Shown here: in pieces, positions 42,104 to 53,848 of the stretch
Position numbering within the stretch: the stretch's first letter is position 1
Layout: every line of letters starts with the position of its first letter
Assembly (NCBI GenBank): GCA_044356455.1
Contig: JBIKWF010000008.1
Span: forward strand, 15,304-79,303
Length of the DNA: 64,000 bases
Reading direction: 5' to 3'
Origin: Bdellovibrionota bacterium
Lineage (GTDB): Bacteria > Bdellovibrionota_C > UBA2361 > JBGSMV01
The notes under the pieces: generated by a model
Seen by the model: the letters and a program-made list of their open reading frames with translations, nothing else
Told to the model about the DNA's origin: nothing
Database searches by the model: none
Made by a program: the position numbers and the translations under genes

Positions 42104-42132
42104 GGGTAAAAATCTCCCAAGAGAGATTCACT

Positions 42133-43068
42133 TTAATAGGGTTTAGCCTCTTCAATTTCTTGGCACATATGGCAGTAAGACTCGTAGCGCGAGAGTGCCA
42201 TTCCGCCGTCTTTAATCGCATGTTTTGTTGCATCTCGGACCGCGCAGCGCCTTTCTGCTATGTGGGCGCAGTCAGAAAACTCGCAGCGTCCCTGTAACCT
42301 TAGAATTTCTGGAAAGGCTTCGGCAACTTCAAGCCGAGTAAGATGTTCGACACCGAATTGCTGAATCCCGGGAAGATCAACTACTACAAGATCCTGCATG
42401 CCCGTGCGCGGGAGGATAAAGCCAGATGCTTGCGAGGTCGTTTGTTTCCCTTGACCGGTACGTACACTCACTTCAGCGGTAGCCCGGGAAGCTTCCGGGA
42501 TAAGTTTATTAATAAGTGTGCTTTTCCCTACGCCCGAAAGCCCACAAAGTGCGACCGTAGAGAGGGAAGCATCATTTAGTTTTTGCCGAAGTTCTTCTAG
42601 CCCAGGTCCAAACTTGGCGGCGGTGCGAAGCACCTGCACGCCTATCTTTTCATAGGCTGCAATCGCTTCTTCACAGGTAGTAAGTCCAAGGTCGGTTTTA
42701 TTGATAATCAGAGCCCAAGGGATTGCTTGGCTATGGGCAACTACGCACATTCGGTCGATAGAGAGGGTATTAAGAAGAGGAGGGACCGCGCTCACGATGA
42801 GCAGCAAGTCCACGTTGGCAACAATTGCCTTGGTATCTCCCCGATAGGAACGCGAAAGTGTATTTTTGCGTGGGTGGGCAGAGGAGACAAAAACCTGACC
42901 CCCTTCCTCATGAAACTCCACTCGGTCCCCCACTAGTAGGCTGAGGCTACGAGATGCAATGGTTCCCGCCCTACCTGGCTGCCCAGCATGTGAGATAGTT
43001 GCGTGTCTTCGCGAGGTGTTAAGAACAACGCCATGACCAGTTGAGGGTGAGTTACTCATGAGGAGCAC
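42133..43068 (-). CDS. rsgA: ribosome small-subunit-dependent GTPase A
   Basis: Circularly permuted GTPase motifs LIINKTDL and CGLSGVGKSTLINKL. C-terminal Zn-finger CEFSDCAHIAERRC. Confidence 0.85.
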   Translation of the reverse strand: MLLMSNSPSTGHGVVLNTSRRHATISHAGQPGRAGTIASRSLSLLVGDRVEFHEEGGQVFVSSAHPRKNTLSRSYRGDTKAIVANVDLLLIVSAVPPLLNTLSIDRMCVVAHSQAIPWALIINKTDLGLTTCEEAIAAYEKIGVQVLRTAAKFGPGLEELRQKLNDASLSTVALCGLSGVGKSTLINKLIPEASRATAEVSVRTGQGKQTTSQASGFILPRTGMQDLVVVDLPGIQQFGVEHLTRLEVAEAFPEILRLQGRCEFSDCAHIAERRCAVRDATKHAIKDGGMALSRYESYCHMCQEIEEAKPY

Positions 43069-43104
43069 TACTCATTGGAAGCACTGCGTTGAGGAACATT
43101 CATT

Positions 43105-43590
43105 TCAAGGCCTGCCAAACAGGAGCGAGAGGTTCTTGCCAGTTTCCGGGGCGCCGGCCCCCCTCTCGGATGCTCCCTCAAAATAGCTCTTCAATTCAAG
43201 CATCAGTCGAAGAGCCTCTTTGCCAACTGCTGACCAGTCAATCGTGCTGCCATATTCAGAAATAATAAAGCTCGTGAAGGTAAAAACTATCGGCGCAATA
43301 AGGGCAGGAAGAATCCCTTCGCACTCGATACCCGGCAGCACCTTCACAATTATCCAAAAGATTGCGCCGTTTGTAAGAAGCAGGGTAAGGGCCTTGGAGC
43401 TTAAGGTATCGGGGACCTTAAAGAACAGAGCCGTATCCCATATATGAGCATTCACGAACGCAAGAGCGAGGACTGTGAGAAAAGCCGGAATGGGACCGTC
43501 TACCCTAAGCTTGGGGATCAATAATGCAGTCACCAACATGGCGAAGGTCTGAAGCAGCCAATAGCTAAGATTAACGGGAAGTCCTGACAT
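43105..43590 (-). CDS. DUF360/YvlD-type (phage-holin-4-like) 4-TM membrane protein
   Basis: Four predicted TM helices. Family-like N-terminus NLSYWLLQTFAMLVTALLIP. Confidence 0.5.
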   Translation of the reverse strand: MSGLPVNLSYWLLQTFAMLVTALLIPKLRVDGPIPAFLTVLALAFVNAHIWDTALFFKVPDTLSSKALTLLLTNGAIFWIIVKVLPGIECEGILPALIAPIVFTFTSFIISEYGSTIDWSAVGKEALRLMLELKSYFEGASERGAGAPETGKNLSLLFGRP

Positions 43591-43728
43591 AGAGCCTTAT
43601 TCTGGTACGGGGAAAGAGAGCTGAAAAGAGGCTCTTGATAGAGAATGCGGCTCCCCTGCTAAAAACTGCCCATCATTGGCCGATGGGAGGTGTTTGCTCA
43701 GGCCCGCGATGTATGGGATTAGTATAGC

Positions 43729-44433
43729 ATGCGATTTGGTTCACATCGTCGAGTTAGGTCTTCTCAAGTAACCAGCAATGAGGCTGCCTCAAAAGACGCG
43801 CCTTCTTTGGGAAGCTCAGCCCTTGTGGCCCCCCCCGATAGCGGGGCTTCATCTCAATCTCAGCGGGCAGTGCATGGTGAATTGAAGGGCCATGGTGAAT
43901 TGAAAGGCCGGGCGAAATCGGGGGCCAGTGGAATGAGCTTGCTCCGGCGTAGTTTGGCTCCTTGGGCAGGGATTAGTGCCCAGCTATCGAGATTTCTTGA
44001 AAAAATATCTGCTCCTTTCTTTGGAGCCAAATTTCCTGAAGCTCGCCAGGCCCAAACGCCTCAGGCGCCTGGTAGTTCGCAATCTACGCAGCCCTTGAAC
44101 AGACGTGCGCGCATTCTGGCGCGGGTAAGGTCGGTGTTGTTCACGGCGCTTTGGTTTATGCCTGGCGCGTTTTTTATAGCAATTGGGTTAAGTGTGGCCT
44201 TTGCTCCTCAGCTTCTCATGAGTGCAGTTGCAGGATTCTGCGTATTTTTCGGTTTCGCGTCCTTTGGATTGGCTTGGAAGTTTATCCAGCTCAAGAACAG
44301 AGTAGAGAAAGTTGCGCAGTCTTTTGAGACGCGAATTATGGTGCAGGCCATTCCTCATGGAAAGCTTGCAGATCCAGAGGAGCGTGTTCAGGATTTGGGA
44401 ACAGTTCAAACTAAGAAAATCCTCTTTCATTAG
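43729..44433 (+). CDS. hypothetical membrane protein
   Basis: ORF with two C-terminal TM helices and low-complexity basic N-terminus. Confidence 0.35.
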   Translation: MRFGSHRRVRSSQVTSNEAASKDAPSLGSSALVAPPDSGASSQSQRAVHGELKGHGELKGRAKSGASGMSLLRRSLAPWAGISAQLSRFLEKISAPFFGAKFPEARQAQTPQAPGSSQSTQPLNRRARILARVRSVLFTALWFMPGAFFIAIGLSVAFAPQLLMSAVAGFCVFFGFASFGLAWKFIQLKNRVEKVAQSFETRIMVQAIPHGKLADPEERVQDLGTVQTKKILFH

Positions 44434-44627
44434 TGAGTCCAGGGAAGGCATCGACTCGCCGCGCGCCTTGCGAGGCTCACTCTATCGGGATGCAAACTTT
44501 CGATTTGGAATGAATATATTCTCCCGCGATGCCCTCTCTTGTGCGGCAAAGAAGTTTCGAAGGCACGCAGCTTGCTGAAAAAAGCCACTCCGTGGTGAGA
44601 AATTGAGAGGTGGGAGGGGAGCAAGAC

Positions 44628-46439
44628 CTACTCAAGCAACTGAAGCGCCAAAGCCGGAGCCTGATTCGCTTGTGCGAGAATCGCCGTTGCAATCTCCTTG
44701 AGCGTTCTCGTTTGAACCAATGCCGCGCTTTCGTTTGCGATATCAATATTCGTGATTCTTGCAGACGCCGCATCATAGTTCTCTTTTGAGGAGCTTAGGG
44801 TGTTCAGAGCTACTGCAAGCCGGCTCTGGGTACTTCCTATAGCACCAAGCTCTTTAGATACTCTCGCAAGCGTCGCATCAATCACCGATAACGAACCTAG
44901 CGCTTCTGCGCGCGTCGTAAGATTGAGGCGCTGCATCGAGGTTACTTGCTCGCTGTTAGCAAGCCCGATTCTAAAGCCCGAGCTTGCGTTAGTAGAGACG
45001 AGGTAGTCGGCGGTGCCATCTCCGTTGAAATCACCAATCGAGAGATTACTTGCGAATGGAAGGACAACAGTTCCAAAAGTATTCGAAGCGCCAAATGTCC
45101 CATCCGCTGAGCCGTACCTGCCCTGCATCGTGCCATTTGCATTCACGAGAATGTCTGAGACTCCGTCTGCGTTGAGGTCAGCCACCTTGAGCGTATATAT
45201 AAAGCCACCGAAGGCTATCGAAGCTGCGTCCGCGAAGGTTCCGTCCCCCCGCCCCAAGTTTACCAAAGCGTTCGAACCTGAAGTGCCAATCGAATCAAGA
45301 ATTCCGTCGCGGTTAAAATCGGCGAGCTGCCGAGAGGAGGTCAATCCTGACGCTATCCCCGAACCAAAGGTGCCATTGCCCGAACCAAAGTAGCTTTTCA
45401 ATCCAGTAAGAATATCTATGCTCCCATTTCCGTCTAAATCTCCCAGCAGAGCAGCGCTGCCCCCAGTTCCTGAGATAGTTTGCGTCGGGGTGGATGAGAA
45501 AGACCCTGAGGCCGAGGCAAGGTGCACCGTATGAGCTCCGGAGGCTCCGACTAACAAGTCCGTTCGCCCATCATTGTTCAAATCCGCGGCCGCAAGACTG
45601 GAAATACCCGAAAATCCGCCGACCGCAGAGGTCCCAAAGCTCCCAGTTCCTAAATTGGTATAGATGACGACAGAAACCGAGGTCACGTCTTGAGCTGCGA
45701 TATCTATCCGACCATCCCCATTAAAGTCGCCAATAACGACTTGTGCAGAAGCAGCAGTGGAGCCTTGGGCCTGAGAAGTAAAAGTGCCGTTACTGTTACC
45801 GAAATAGGTAACAATATTCCCCAACTCAGATGTGACAACGTCCATAATGCCGTCGCCATTAAAATCAGCTTCAACCTGAGAATTTACAAAATTGGCGCCA
45901 CCTAAGTTGCTGCTCACAAAGGTTCCGTTCCCGGCAGTCCGGTCCAACTCAGTTCCAAGCCCGAATCCAATTGAGCCTGAAGTCCCCAGTCCTAGTTGTA
46001 GTCTCAACTCGCGCAGATCTCCGTCGAGAAGATTAATTCCGTTGTACGTCACACTGCTGAAGATCCGGTTGTACTCTTCAGTAAGCGCAGCCGCTTCTTT
46101 GTCCGATGATATCCTCTGAGTTCTGGAAAACGACCCGTTAGATGCTCCTATCGCAAGCTCTCTTAGCCGAAGAAGAATTCCCGATCCGCTCGTGAGCGCG
46201 CCCTCGGCAATAGAAAGTGCACTGATACCGTCGTTCGCATTTCTAATCGCCTGCGAGAAAATGCGGCTACTTACGTTAAGCTGGGAAGATACGGAGAGCC
46301 CCGCTGCATCGTCTGAAGCTCGGTTGATACGCATGCCGGAGGCCAGCCGCTCGAAGCTCAGCGACTCCGCCGACGTGGCTCGGTTCAACTGGCGCTGCGC
46401 CAGAAGAGAGGAAATGTTCGAACCAATTGAAATTGGCAT
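44628..46439 (-). CDS. fliC: flagellin with FG-GAP beta-propeller central domain
   Basis: Flagellin N-terminal region RINRASDDAAGLSVSSQL...NANDGISALSIAEGAL. Flagellin C-terminal region ends LAQANQAPALALQLL. About 7 FG-GAP repeats (DFNGDGIMDVV, DLNNDGRTDLL, DLDGNGSIDIL and others) replace the usual variable domain. Confidence 0.8.
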   Translation of the reverse strand: MPISIGSNISSLLAQRQLNRATSAESLSFERLASGMRINRASDDAAGLSVSSQLNVSSRIFSQAIRNANDGISALSIAEGALTSGSGILLRLRELAIGASNGSFSRTQRISSDKEAAALTEEYNRIFSSVTYNGINLLDGDLRELRLQLGLGTSGSIGFGLGTELDRTAGNGTFVSSNLGGANFVNSQVEADFNGDGIMDVVTSELGNIVTYFGNSNGTFTSQAQGSTAASAQVVIGDFNGDGRIDIAAQDVTSVSVVIYTNLGTGSFGTSAVGGFSGISSLAAADLNNDGRTDLLVGASGAHTVHLASASGSFSSTPTQTISGTGGSAALLGDLDGNGSIDILTGLKSYFGSGNGTFGSGIASGLTSSRQLADFNRDGILDSIGTSGSNALVNLGRGDGTFADAASIAFGGFIYTLKVADLNADGVSDILVNANGTMQGRYGSADGTFGASNTFGTVVLPFASNLSIGDFNGDGTADYLVSTNASSGFRIGLANSEQVTSMQRLNLTTRAEALGSLSVIDATLARVSKELGAIGSTQSRLAVALNTLSSSKENYDAASARITNIDIANESAALVQTRTLKEIATAILAQANQAPALALQLLE

Positions 46440-46486
46440 GACGGCAAAAAACAGAACTTAAATTAAAAGTTTCCTACCTTGGTAAG

Positions 46487-46510
46487 TTCGGCATCTCAGC
46501 AAAACTTTTA
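46487..46510 (-). promoter_or_regulatory. candidate sigma-28 (FliA) promoter for the flagellin gene
   Basis: Minus strand reads TAAAA-N14-GCCGAA, about 45 bp upstream of the flagellin start. Confidence 0.35.
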
Positions 46511-47140
46511 ATGATCTGGGCCATTTAAGAATGCCAACAAAACAAGTTACTCTTGGACTCATGACGAGGGCCCGCGCGTGCTAAGGCAGCTAAGCAGCTA
46601 GATTTATATGCAAAGTCATCACCTCGGGCGCAATGAAAACCAAAATCCTTAAGAAGTCTTCCTACTTCGAACGGATCTCCGCGGTATCTGACCAAACATT
46701 TTTCGCGGTGTTTCGATCGGGCAGCGCCCCAGGAGTCCTACCCTGCTCCGGAGCGGGTAAAGTTCCTAATTTTTGAATTCAATTGGTCGAGAGCCGCAAG
46801 TCGGTGCTCAGGCCCCCATGGCCACAAAAGATGGGTCTGCCTGGAGCCCTCTCCTTGCAATGAATAACTTCTCTGGGTTTCCCAGCGAGACCCTTGCGCT
46901 CCCTTGACGTCGAGATAGAACCTATCGATCTGCCTTGAGTACGGTCTTCGGCGTTCCCTCTTTTCAAAGACTTCTACATTTCCTTGGCACGCATTTTGCT
47001 CAGCCTCCTTAACGGGTGGTGAGAAAATGAAAGGTCACTGAAGTGCGCTAAACGCTTGAAGTGGTACGAGTTTAACTGAGTACCTCCTTGCATAGCACGA
47101 GGGCATCACAGCGACCTCATAGTCTCACTGAGAGGTTAGC

Positions 47141-50100
47141 TTGTTTAGTTCTTCTCATAACTTCGTAGTCCGAGGGGCGTGCCTATCGCTACTTTCCCTC
47201 CTTCTCGCATCTGCGCCTGCAATTGCTAGCCCTGGGCTTCCCGTTGGCTTTGCGCCACTTTATGGATCTTACGCTTGCCGCTTCGGAATCCCGAATCGTG
47301 TCGTTGAGTTCAGGCAGCGCGTCGTGTCCGGAAATTCTCAATACGCGCGCACGATTCCAAGCATAAAGTCGCTTATCATCAAAAGAGATAACGCAGTTCG
47401 TAGACGCTCCGAGGAGAGAAGCCAAAGAGTTAGAGAAGAGCTTGGCCGAGCCATAACGAAGTATGGAGAGCTCATACGTCTTTCGAGATATTGCCGCGAT
47501 TTGAGGCGTCCCGCGGCCTCCCCAACCCCGGCTCAAAGTGCAAGCCCTACACCTCTTCCGACAAGCACTTCCGTGCCATCTCCTTCGTCTAGTCCTACGC
47601 CTACCCTTGGAGTAGCTACTCCTCCTGGTATAGAGATTCCACCTGAGATTACCGCTACAAGTGCTCCCACAAAAACAGCGACACCCACGAGCACCTCACT
47701 ACCTTCGAAAACACCAACTGCGGTAGCTACCGTAACTTCTACCAAAACAGCGACCCCCACAGGAACGGCGACTCCAACAAAAACCCCTTCAGCTACTGCT
47801 ACAAAAACACCTACGGCAACTCCGACCAAGTCTGCAACTCCCACAAAAACAGCCACGCCCACCAAAACGCCTACCGCAACTTCAACAAAAACACCCACCC
47901 CTACGACATCGCCAACCCCGCCTCCTGATCCAACTGCGACACCCTTTGCGCCGCGTCCTTTGATTCAAGCCTCGGCTGCAACTTTCTACAGTGTTACCTA
48001 CACCGTGACGTACTACGTGCTTTCATTGGGGCAAGATAGGCCCGGTGAGGCCGCTCAAGTTTCAGTCGAGCCGGTGAACGCGGCGAATCCACATCGCGCA
48101 AGTGTTCGTGTGTATGACCCGAGCGAGAAGTTGCAGGTGCTCCAGCAAATAGAGGGGCAAGGCGGAGTGCAATCGAAATTCTCTCCGTCCCCGCAGCTAG
48201 AGCTTTCCTCAGGACCATTTCCTCTTGCCAAGAATGGGACCTATGAGGTGCGCATCAGCGGAAATTCGAATATTCGCGCCAAGCTAAACCTTCCTCAAGA
48301 GGTAGGATGGGGCATCTCGTTCCAAAACGGCTGGTTTAGACCTTTTGAGGGCCAGCAGCCTGTTATGTATACCTGGATTACACAGCATCCCACCCAGCCA
48401 CTTAAGCTTACGTTTGTTTCCTCCTCGCAGGTCCTTAACGTGGCTTTGCCTGGGAAAGATCTCACTCCGATCTATGATGCGGAGGGAAAAATTCTTCGCT
48501 GGGAACTAATCGTTCCACCTTCAAGTTCGCAGACTGGCTATGTTCAACAGGTGCAGCTGAGCGGGGGAAGCAATCTTCATTTCCAAGTCTCAGGCATGCC
48601 GTTTATCCTCAGTCGTAGCGCCGAAGAAGCGGCACAAATCGGAGGCGGGCTGCAGCGCGTAGCGGGAGGGCCCATGAGTGGCTACCTTATTGCGCATCCT
48701 TACCAACAGGCCATCGCAGAACTTCTACCTGAACTCGTAACGCGCTCAGGTAATGGCACGGTCCTGAGTGCGCTTCCAGGCGCGAACTATCCTGCAACTG
48801 TTTCCTCTTGCAAGGCACCGCAAGCTGATGAGGATGTGATAAAAAATCTTGAGGTGCTCTCCCATTACGGAGGCGTGCTTCCAGGCGCCAAGTGGGCACT
48901 GGGTTCTACCGGAGGGGTTTCTAATCAAGATCTTTCCCTTGCGAGTCCATGGCTAGGCGTGCTTGCAACCTCGCTGTTCAATAAACAGGAGTGCAGCTCC
49001 AACTTTGATTGCGCGAATGGGAGTGCCTGTGTCAATGCGCGCTGTGCCCAGCAGTTCTCACCACTAACCGATAGATGGGATCGTTTTCAGCCGATGGAGT
49101 ATCGGAGTGAAGACAACAGAAAATATAGTCTCTATGCTGGTAGGAGCCCGCGGGGGCATCTGCATTACGCCCTTGTGTGGGCCGCGGTCACAAGTCACCC
49201 GTGTAATCCCTACGGGCCCCTAAGTCCTGGCGAACCATTGCAATACCCTGAGCTGCTGTACCGCGGTGTCGCGGGGGCATTGGCAGATCTGATGGTGGTG
49301 ACTGAGGATGAAAATTTGGTAGGAACAAACGGTTCCCTATCAGACCCCTATCCAGGGTACGCTGGTTTTGCCCTTGAGAATACGATCCCCGTTTTCCACT
49401 TGGCCTCTCCCCACCTTCTTTCGGGTATGCCCGATACTATAAAGGGAGAAACTCTTGGATTGGGAGTATACAAGGCATGGAGAACTGGTCTTGAGCGTAT
49501 GGTGCAGCGGCACTACTACGATTACCTCACCTCAACAGGGAACCAGACAGCGCACCACCTGGTATCCTTTATGTCCTTCGCGCTTGGAGTTCAGGAGCCC
49601 AGCGATCGAGCTTTCTATGATGCTACAGCTCGGCGCTGGGCGGGAAGACTTTTTGAGTCGATTCGCCCTGCCGGATACCTCATCGAAAATGATGCGGTGT
49701 GTACCAGCTATATTGGTATCTCAACTAACATGATGGGACGGTATCTTGGACTTACGCGAACAAGTGAGGCTGGAACTGATGTAAAAGCCGAGGAGGCGAT
49801 AGCAAAAATTTTTGGGTTCTTCAATCACACGGTCTCAGTTGAGCCAGATGGCGGGAGCGTTCCAGGCTTTAACTTTAGCCACCGCATAGGAAGAGGTTTT
49901 GATACTCTGCAATACAATGGAGCCAAGGTAATGGCAGACGCGATTCCAGAAGTAGGCGTGTGGTCTCGATCCACACCAGCTAAGATTCCAGCTTTGCGGA
50001 CTTCCTTGCAAAGCTTGGCAGTTAGTTTTGATGCGAATGCAAGTAATATTCCCCTTGTCAGCTTTCCGTGGACACCAGATCGCGCAACACATTACTCTTC

Positions 50101-51007
50101 GGCCTTCTTGGGTGGGTACGTATACCCAGCCGAGGAAGAAGAATCCTTTGTGCGAAACTTTGGTGATGAGTACATCGCCGTGAAACGACCTTCGTACTTT
50201 GCTGGAATCTTTGTTGGAAAGCCTAAGGGGGGCTGGGGAGTTCTAGAGTTAAAAATTCGCGAGAATTATCGGAATCCCACCACTGAAAAGAAGCTGAATG
50301 AGGGAGGCGTCTCGGTTGAAGACCTCGCACCTGAGACGGGGGCAAGTATTAGCGCTTACAATTATAATCCTTACCTAGGGGGCGGCCTATCCTTGTTTAC
50401 TACCCCGGCATATGGGTCAGCAGTAGCGGGTACCACGTGGTCAGCGCTGGCTCAGCACGGGCTCGTTGCATGGCAAGGAGGTAAGCGTTATTGGAACGAT
50501 TATTATTCTACCCAATTTTTGCTCGACCAGGAGCAGGATGCTTTGACGGTGTCAGGCAGCATCGAAACGCTTCCGTTCGTTTACTCTCGCAACTACTCAT
50601 TCTTAGAAGATCGTCTCAGTATGACACTTACTATTCAGGCGACGCAGTCGATAAGCCTTGAGAAGTTTGCGGAGATTATTCCCGTGCCTACCTGCACGCG
50701 CGCAAATTGCAATGGAGCCATCAAGAATCGCAAGCTGCGAGGAGCCTTCCTTGATGTTACGGGTGGGGCGTCTCCGTCAAATGGTCAGGTCGTGACGGCC
50801 CAAAAAGTGCAAGTACTCGATCAGAATAGTAAGGGCGTAACTTTTGAATTTACTTCTGCCGTGCCGCTTAGTCTACAGAGGCATGGACTTCGTCACCTTT
50901 ATTACGACGATGAGTTCCAGGTCGGTCGCATCGAGGTTCAATTACCTACTACCTGGAGCGCTGGTCAGGTGTACACCCTTTCGTACTCACTTATTCCCAC
51001 TCCTTAG
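47141..51007 (+). CDS. large secreted protein with Pro/Thr-rich mucin-like linker
   Basis: Signal peptide. A 140-aa linker ([31 protein letters not shown]) encoded by 47540-47930. About 1000 aa C-terminal region with no recognisable family. Confidence 0.6.
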   Translation: MFSSSHNFVVRGACLSLLSLLLASAPAIASPGLPVGFAPLYGSYACRFGIPNRVVEFRQRVVSGNSQYARTIPSIKSLIIKRDNAVRRRSEERSQRVREELGRAITKYGELIRLSRYCRDLRRPAASPTPAQSASPTPLPTSTSVPSPSSSPTPTLGVATPPGIEIPPEITATSAPTKTATPTSTSLPSKTPTAVATVTSTKTATPTGTATPTKTPSATATKTPTATPTKSATPTKTATPTKTPTATSTKTPTPTTSPTPPPDPTATPFAPRPLIQASAATFYSVTYTVTYYVLSLGQDRPGEAAQVSVEPVNAANPHRASVRVYDPSEKLQVLQQIEGQGGVQSKFSPSPQLELSSGPFPLAKNGTYEVRISGNSNIRAKLNLPQEVGWGISFQNGWFRPFEGQQPVMYTWITQHPTQPLKLTFVSSSQVLNVALPGKDLTPIYDAEGKILRWELIVPPSSSQTGYVQQVQLSGGSNLHFQVSGMPFILSRSAEEAAQIGGGLQRVAGGPMSGYLIAHPYQQAIAELLPELVTRSGNGTVLSALPGANYPATVSSCKAPQADEDVIKNLEVLSHYGGVLPGAKWALGSTGGVSNQDLSLASPWLGVLATSLFNKQECSSNFDCANGSACVNARCAQQFSPLTDRWDRFQPMEYRSEDNRKYSLYAGRSPRGHLHYALVWAAVTSHPCNPYGPLSPGEPLQYPELLYRGVAGALADLMVVTEDENLVGTNGSLSDPYPGYAGFALENTIPVFHLASPHLLSGMPDTIKGETLGLGVYKAWRTGLERMVQRHYYDYLTSTGNQTAHHLVSFMSFALGVQEPSDRAFYDATARRWAGRLFESIRPAGYLIENDAVCTSYIGISTNMMGRYLGLTRTSEAGTDVKAEEAIAKIFGFFNHTVSVEPDGGSVPGFNFSHRIGRGFDTLQYNGAKVMADAIPEVGVWSRSTPAKIPALRTSLQSLAVSFDANASNIPLVSFPWTPDRATHYSSAFLGGYVYPAEEEESFVRNFGDEYIAVKRPSYFAGIFVGKPKGGWGVLELKIRENYRNPTTEKKLNEGGVSVEDLAPETGASISAYNYNPYLGGGLSLFTTPAYGSAVAGTTWSALAQHGLVAWQGGKRYWNDYYSTQFLLDQEQDALTVSGSIETLPFVYSRNYSFLEDRLSMTLTIQATQSISLEKFAEIIPVPTCTRANCNGAIKNRKLRGAFLDVTGGASPSNGQVVTAQKVQVLDQNSKGVTFEFTSAVPLSLQRHGLRHLYYDDEFQVGRIEVQLPTTWSAGQVYTLSYSLIPTP

Positions 51008-51393
51008 CTTAGTTCGGGCTCAGGCCGCAGTAATCGTTGTCCCTCGTAAGCGTCTTTCTCGATCGCCTCGAAAGCTCCGAGACAATAGCCAGTTCGAACT
51101 TTGCCGAGACCTCGCTCGCCGAGATCCTCAGTTGCCATGCGTAGTGCTTTTGTCATGGCCTGCGAAAGGACAAGAAGAGAATCAAGCTGGGCCTCTTGTT
51201 CGCCAAGTGCATTTAACACGAAGGCCGTAACGCGCTCGATACGCTTACTAATCGGCTCCCATTTTTGCATGCCTTGTTCGGCTCGTTCGGCGGGTGAACG
51301 CTGCATCTCCCGCGCAATCTGAATATCGAGGGCCTGCATTGCATCGAGTAACGCTTGCTCAAGGGGCGGGAGTTTCTCGGACGTATCATTCAT
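51004..51393 (-). CDS. hypothetical protein
   Basis: ORF only. Overlaps the stop of the upstream gene. Confidence 0.3.
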   Translation of the reverse strand: MNDTSEKLPPLEQALLDAMQALDIQIAREMQRSPAERAEQGMQKWEPISKRIERVTAFVLNALGEQEAQLDSLLVLSQAMTKALRMATEDLGERGLGKVRTGYCLGAFEAIEKDAYEGQRLLRPEPELS

Positions 51394-51717
51394 TGAAGCA
51401 CCTTACCGCACCCTCGTAGTGAGGGTAAACCCGAGCACTGCTTTCGCTGAGAAATGAAAGTTTTGTGGCAAAGAGAAAGGCATGTGGTTTGACTTTGGGG
51501 CGGTTTGCGGATACAACCCTTTGATATTGCTCACTCTTCGGTGCTTGAGTCTTGTGCGAATTTCTCGCCCCTCTTGCGACAAGTGTAAGGGAGGGAGCCA
51601 TCTCATAGGCATAAAAGGTCAGTTCGCGTTTGAGCAGCGTAATGGCATAGTTCACGGGGCTGTTCCCGAGTATCTCAGAACACCGAAATCAAACGGACCA
51701 AAAGGGAGAGCGCTAAA

Positions 51718-52332
51718 GTGGGCAAAGTTGTCATTGGAATGAAGCCACTCGTCGGAATAATCATGGGCTCTCAATCAGATTGGGAGACGCTCACCGAATC
51801 AGCGGAGATGCTGGAGGGGCTTGGTATACCCTTTGAAGTGCGGGTAGTCTCTGCGCACCGAACTCCCGATCTGCTCTTTGAATATGCCGAGAGCGCTGCG
51901 GACAGAGGGCTGGAAGTGATTATTGCCGGAGCGGGAGGCGCCGCGCATCTTCCCGGCATGTGCGCCGCCAAGACTGCCCTTCCTGTCTTAGGGGTCCCTG
52001 TAGAATCTCGCACTCTTAAGGGGATAGATTCACTATTATCTATCGTGCAAATGCCCACGGGAGTGCCTGTTGCCACGTTTGCAATTGGAAAAGCTGGTGC
52101 GGCTAATGCAGCTCTGTTCGCTGCCGCGTTACTTGCCCTTCGCTATCCTTTGATCGGAAAGGCGCTGCGCTTGTTTCGGAATGAACAAACCGAGCGGGTT
52201 CTCCTTCTTGGCGACCCTCGCTCTCCCTCAGAAAAGCGCTCGCAAGCCTTTCAGCGCCGTAAACCAAAGGGCCGAGGGCTTGAAGGTACTCGAGGCGCCA
52301 AGCGCCGCACTTCGAAGCCGAGGAAATCGTGA
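51718..52332 (+). CDS. purE: N5-carboxyaminoimidazole ribonucleotide mutase
   Basis: Motif [15 protein letters not shown]...[10 protein letters not shown]. It has an unusual basic C-terminal extension overlapping purK. Confidence 0.9.
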   Translation: MGKVVIGMKPLVGIIMGSQSDWETLTESAEMLEGLGIPFEVRVVSAHRTPDLLFEYAESAADRGLEVIIAGAGGAAHLPGMCAAKTALPVLGVPVESRTLKGIDSLLSIVQMPTGVPVATFAIGKAGAANAALFAAALLALRYPLIGKALRLFRNEQTERVLLLGDPRSPSEKRSQAFQRRKPKGRGLEGTRGAKRRTSKPRKS

Positions 52333-53435
52333 AGATAGGGGTTCTTGGCGCTGGACAACTGGGGCGGATGCTCGCACTGGCAGGTGTGCCACTTGGGCAT
52401 ACGTTCCGCTTTTTTGATCCTACCCCACAGTCATCAGCAGCATTGCTGGGCGAGCATATCTGCGCGCACTACGAGGATACGGGGGCCCTCACGCGTTTTG
52501 CCGCGGGATTAGACGTAGTGACTTTCGAGTTTGAAAACGTCACTTCATCGGCGGTTCATTTTCTTAGCTCGCTTGTCCCCGTGCGTCCAGGGGTGAAGGC
52601 ATTGGAGACCACGCAAGAAAGATTCTCTGAAAAAGAATGTTTCAAAGCGCTCGGAATCCCTACCGCGCCTTTTGAAATGATTTCTGCGGACCTGCCTGAG
52701 TCAGAGAAGTGGTCGCGAATCACTAAACTAGGCACTCCTGTTGTTTTGAAGACAAGGCGTTTTGGTTATGACGGCAAGGGACAGCTTGTAGTTCGGGAAG
52801 GCGTCCCTCAGGAGGACGTTCAGTCCTTTTGCGCGGGGAAAGATGTTATCGCGGAAGCGTTCCAGCCTTTTTCCCGAGAGCTTTCGCTCGTACTCGTGCG
52901 CTCGGCTTCGGGTGAATTTAGATTTTATCCTCTCGTTGAAAATGTACACCATGAAGGCATCTTGCGCTCCTCGCGCTGCCCTCCCGCCTTCTTGCCGCAC
53001 CACTATCAAAGTGAAGCAGAAACACATGGGAGGCTACTCGCCGAGCATCTTGGTTATGTCGGTGTAATGGCAATTGAGTTCTTTGATGTGCAAGGTAAGT
53101 TGGTAGCTAATGAGGTAGCTCCTCGAGTCCATAACTCGGGTCACTGGTCGATTGAAGGCGCAGTGACAAGTCAGTTTGAAAATCATATTCGGGCGATAAC
53201 GGGATCGCCACTCGGTGCTACGAGTCTTACCGGTTGGTCCCTCATGGCGAATCTCATCGGTTACGAACCCGATACCGCTAAGGTGCTTGCGGTTACAGGG
53301 GCGCACTTGCATTGGTACGGGAAGGTTCCGCGTTCAGGCCGCAAGGTGGGGCACGTCACGCTGGTTTCGAAAACCTCCGAGGAACGAGAGAAGCGTGCTC
53401 CGGAACTTCTGCGGGCCAGTTCTAACCCCAATTGA
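52329..53435 (+). CDS. purK: N5-carboxyaminoimidazole ribonucleotide synthase
   Basis: N-terminus [18 protein letters not shown]-grasp fold. Translationally coupled to purE. Confidence 0.9.
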   Translation: MKIGVLGAGQLGRMLALAGVPLGHTFRFFDPTPQSSAALLGEHICAHYEDTGALTRFAAGLDVVTFEFENVTSSAVHFLSSLVPVRPGVKALETTQERFSEKECFKALGIPTAPFEMISADLPESEKWSRITKLGTPVVLKTRRFGYDGKGQLVVREGVPQEDVQSFCAGKDVIAEAFQPFSRELSLVLVRSASGEFRFYPLVENVHHEGILRSSRCPPAFLPHHYQSEAETHGRLLAEHLGYVGVMAIEFFDVQGKLVANEVAPRVHNSGHWSIEGAVTSQFENHIRAITGSPLGATSLTGWSLMANLIGYEPDTAKVLAVTGAHLHWYGKVPRSGRKVGHVTLVSKTSEEREKRAPELLRASSNPN

Positions 53436-53508
53436 TAATGGTTTGGCGCGAGACCTCGATGCATTAATTCTGCCCAAAACTACTTGGAAAGGTTCGCTCT
53501 CACTTTAT

Positions 53509-53725
53509 CTAGGGAGCCTGAAAAACTGCCCCTCCGCGTACTCTGTGTCCTCCGCGTTATTTGAGAACTATTGAACAACGCGGAGCCGTCTACGCCTTAC
53601 GGCTGCGCCGAACCTGGCTTCAGTGTGGCCGCGGCGCAGGCTTAGCGGAGCCGAGTACGCAGAGTACGCGGAGGGAAAACAGGACAAAAAAAGTTCCTTT
53701 TCTAGGTTTTTCAAAGGTTCCCTAG
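53509..53725. repeat. MITE-like dispersed repeat, copy E (longest copy, GC-rich cgcggag core)
   Basis: Termini ctagggagcctgaaaaactg ... tttttcaaaggttccctag. Confidence 0.65.
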
Positions 53726-53848
53726 GCCAAAGAGCCAGTTGAATCCTCGCAGGAATCCAGGTCTGAATTCAGTAAGGAAGCTTCGCGATTGAGTATCTCC
53801 CGCCCATTCGACAACATATGACTCGTTATCAAGCCAAGGTCGAGTCAT

